Assembly: GCA_963765765.1 (NCBI GenBank)
Contig: CAVXYC010000021.1
Location: forward strand, 60,591 to 124,590
Source of the DNA: an uncultured Chloroflexia bacterium
GTDB taxonomy: Bacteria > Chloroflexota > UBA6077 > JACCZL01
Length of the DNA: 64,000 bases
Direction of reading: 5' to 3'
The notes below the pieces were generated by a model that was not told where the DNA came from, did no database searches, and saw nothing but the letters and a program-made list of their open reading frames with translations. Both the position numbers and the translations under genes were made by a program. Every line of letters begins with the position of its first letter. Positions within the stretch are counted from its first letter, which is position 1. Shown here piece by piece: positions 62,675 to 64,000 of this stretch.

Positions 62675-63073
62675 TCAGCCGCGGATAGTCGATCCCCGCT
62701 CGGTATGTCGGCGTCCGAGCCATCCCCAGAGGGCCGCAAGTCCGATGAGCAGATGCGCAGCATGGTCGGACGGGTCAGCCAGTTCCGGGATATCGAATCG
62801 TCGCGCGGCTCGCCCACCAAACAGCAACCCCACCAGCCCGATAGTCGTTCCCACCAGGGCGCCACCAAGGGCAAATCCCGCTTGGAGTCGAGCCCGAGAC
62901 GAAGCAGCCACGGCGGATACCACAATTCCGAAGATGAGGTGGACCCAGTTAATCCAGCTTGGCGGATGAAAGAAGCTCGCCGGTGAGATCTGTCCCAGTA
63001 CTCCGACAATACCCAGTAGGCCCGTGGACATGAGTACGCCGCCGCCCAGTCTGAGAAATCTCTTCGGGGTCAT
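62675..63073 (-). CDS. Four-TM membrane protein (DUF4383-like)
   Basis: NWVHLIFG and DHAAHLLIG His-bearing TM helices; RBS ggaggag. Confidence 0.65.
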   Translation of the reverse strand: MTPKRFLRLGGGVLMSTGLLGIVGVLGQISPASFFHPPSWINWVHLIFGIVVSAVAASSRARLQAGFALGGALVGTTIGLVGLLFGGRAARRFDIPELADPSDHAAHLLIGLAALWGWLGRRHTERGSTIRG

Positions 63074-63909
63074 AGCTCCCTCCTCCCAAAGTCTGCACTT
63101 AACAGATCTTCTGATACCACTCCAGCTCGTTCAGGGGCATTCTCGCGCCGCTGTGACAAGAGCCACGGTCTCTTAGTGTGTTTCGCGCAGCGGCTTGGAT
63201 GGTCCATTGCGTTTCAGGAGGAGGCAACGATGGACATCGAACAGCGACTCGGACGACTGGTACGCGAGAACAAGCGACGAAAAGTCATTGGCATCGTAGT
63301 GATGGCGAGGTACCTGCGTGCCGTTGTCATCATGTCCGACATTTGGTGGGTGTGTGCTTCCCGATCTGCCGCACGGTCGCGCGCGTTCGATGCGGCCAGC
63401 TTCCCGTGGGCTGCCTCCGGATGGGTACCGTTGCGCGGCCTGTCACGGACACTCAAAGCCCTATCCAGCCGCTCGTCGGCTTGCTCACAGCCGTGACGTT
63501 CGTCGGCGCGATGGCAATATACTCGTTCGGTCAATGCGACTTGGGATGCATCGGTAGCCGGGACGATCGGATTTCTCGCCGGCGCTCTGTACGCGTATCG
63601 AGACGCTATACAGCACCGGGCTCTGCCGAGGCCGGTTCTCGCCATGCTGTGTGCTCGTCGACCGCTCAGGGAGTGTCGACGAGGTCGGCGCAACTCCGCA
63701 AGCCGCAATGTTGGAACCGGGAAGCTTGCCGCTTGGGCGATGCGGCTGATTTCAGCATCCATATTCAACCCTCGGTAGCTCCGCGACGGTCCAGAGTTTT
63801 CAGACTCTCCCGCCTACCATGTTCATTTCCAATAGGGTAGATTGGAGCACGGCTCGCAAGAGATACGTTTCCACATCTATGGCTCCGGTGTACCGGGTTG
63901 CTGCCAAAT

Positions 63910-63952
63910 CGAAAATCGCCCTGGATGTTTGTTCATCCCAAGGCGATTTTCG
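63910..63952 (-). terminator. Hairpin downstream of the tRNA
   Basis: cgaaaatcgcc-ctggatg...catcccaa-ggcgattttcg, 10 bp from the tRNA 3' end. Confidence 0.65.
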
Positions 63953-63962
63953 TATTCAATTA

Positions 63963-64000
63963 TGGTCGGGCCGAGAGGATTTGAACCTCCGACCACCTGA
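63963..64000 (-). tRNA. tRNA, 3' half, probably tRNA-Pro (cut by the window edge)
   Basis: Minus strand tcagg-tggtc-ggagg-TTCAAAT-cctct-cggcccg-A-CCA: T-arm, acceptor strand with G72/A73 and encoded CCA. The anticodon lies outside the window. Confidence 0.85.

Noticed and set aside
1-64000. CRISPR array or cas genes
   Set aside because: No regularly spaced direct repeats with unique spacers; the repeats found are dispersed inverted doublets.

Overview
High-GC bacterial chromosomal window. The gene content (LLM monooxygenases, Rieske oxygenase, amidohydrolase, deazaflavin-type reductase, Pro/Ala/Thr-linker lipoproteins) suggests a Chloroflexota-like soil organism; this is inference. About 20 genes are split by single-base indels, most likely uncorrected read errors. 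Layout: 0-17 kb oxidative catabolism, glnII and a metal ABC transporter, with palindromic REP-like repeats; 17-43 kb a cytochrome c oxidase operon and a general-stress-type block with decayed fragments (HNH nuclease, peroxidase, ferritin-like, HEPN-like); 43-49 kb flavin/F420 enzymes and an orphan solute-binding lipoprotein; 55-64 kb a fragment-rich decayed island ending at the 3' half of tRNA-Pro. The highlight is 49.1-54.6 kb: a selenoneine-type cluster (selD/senC, senA, senB). Its SelD is itself a selenoprotein (in-frame TGA at 49142 plus a SECIS-like hairpin, missed by the ORF track). A PhnC/PhnE-like ABC ATPase and permease, with no binding protein, sit inside the cluster, and the block is bracketed by two doublets of one GTAG-type repeat family. 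All family calls come from motif recognition, not database searches.
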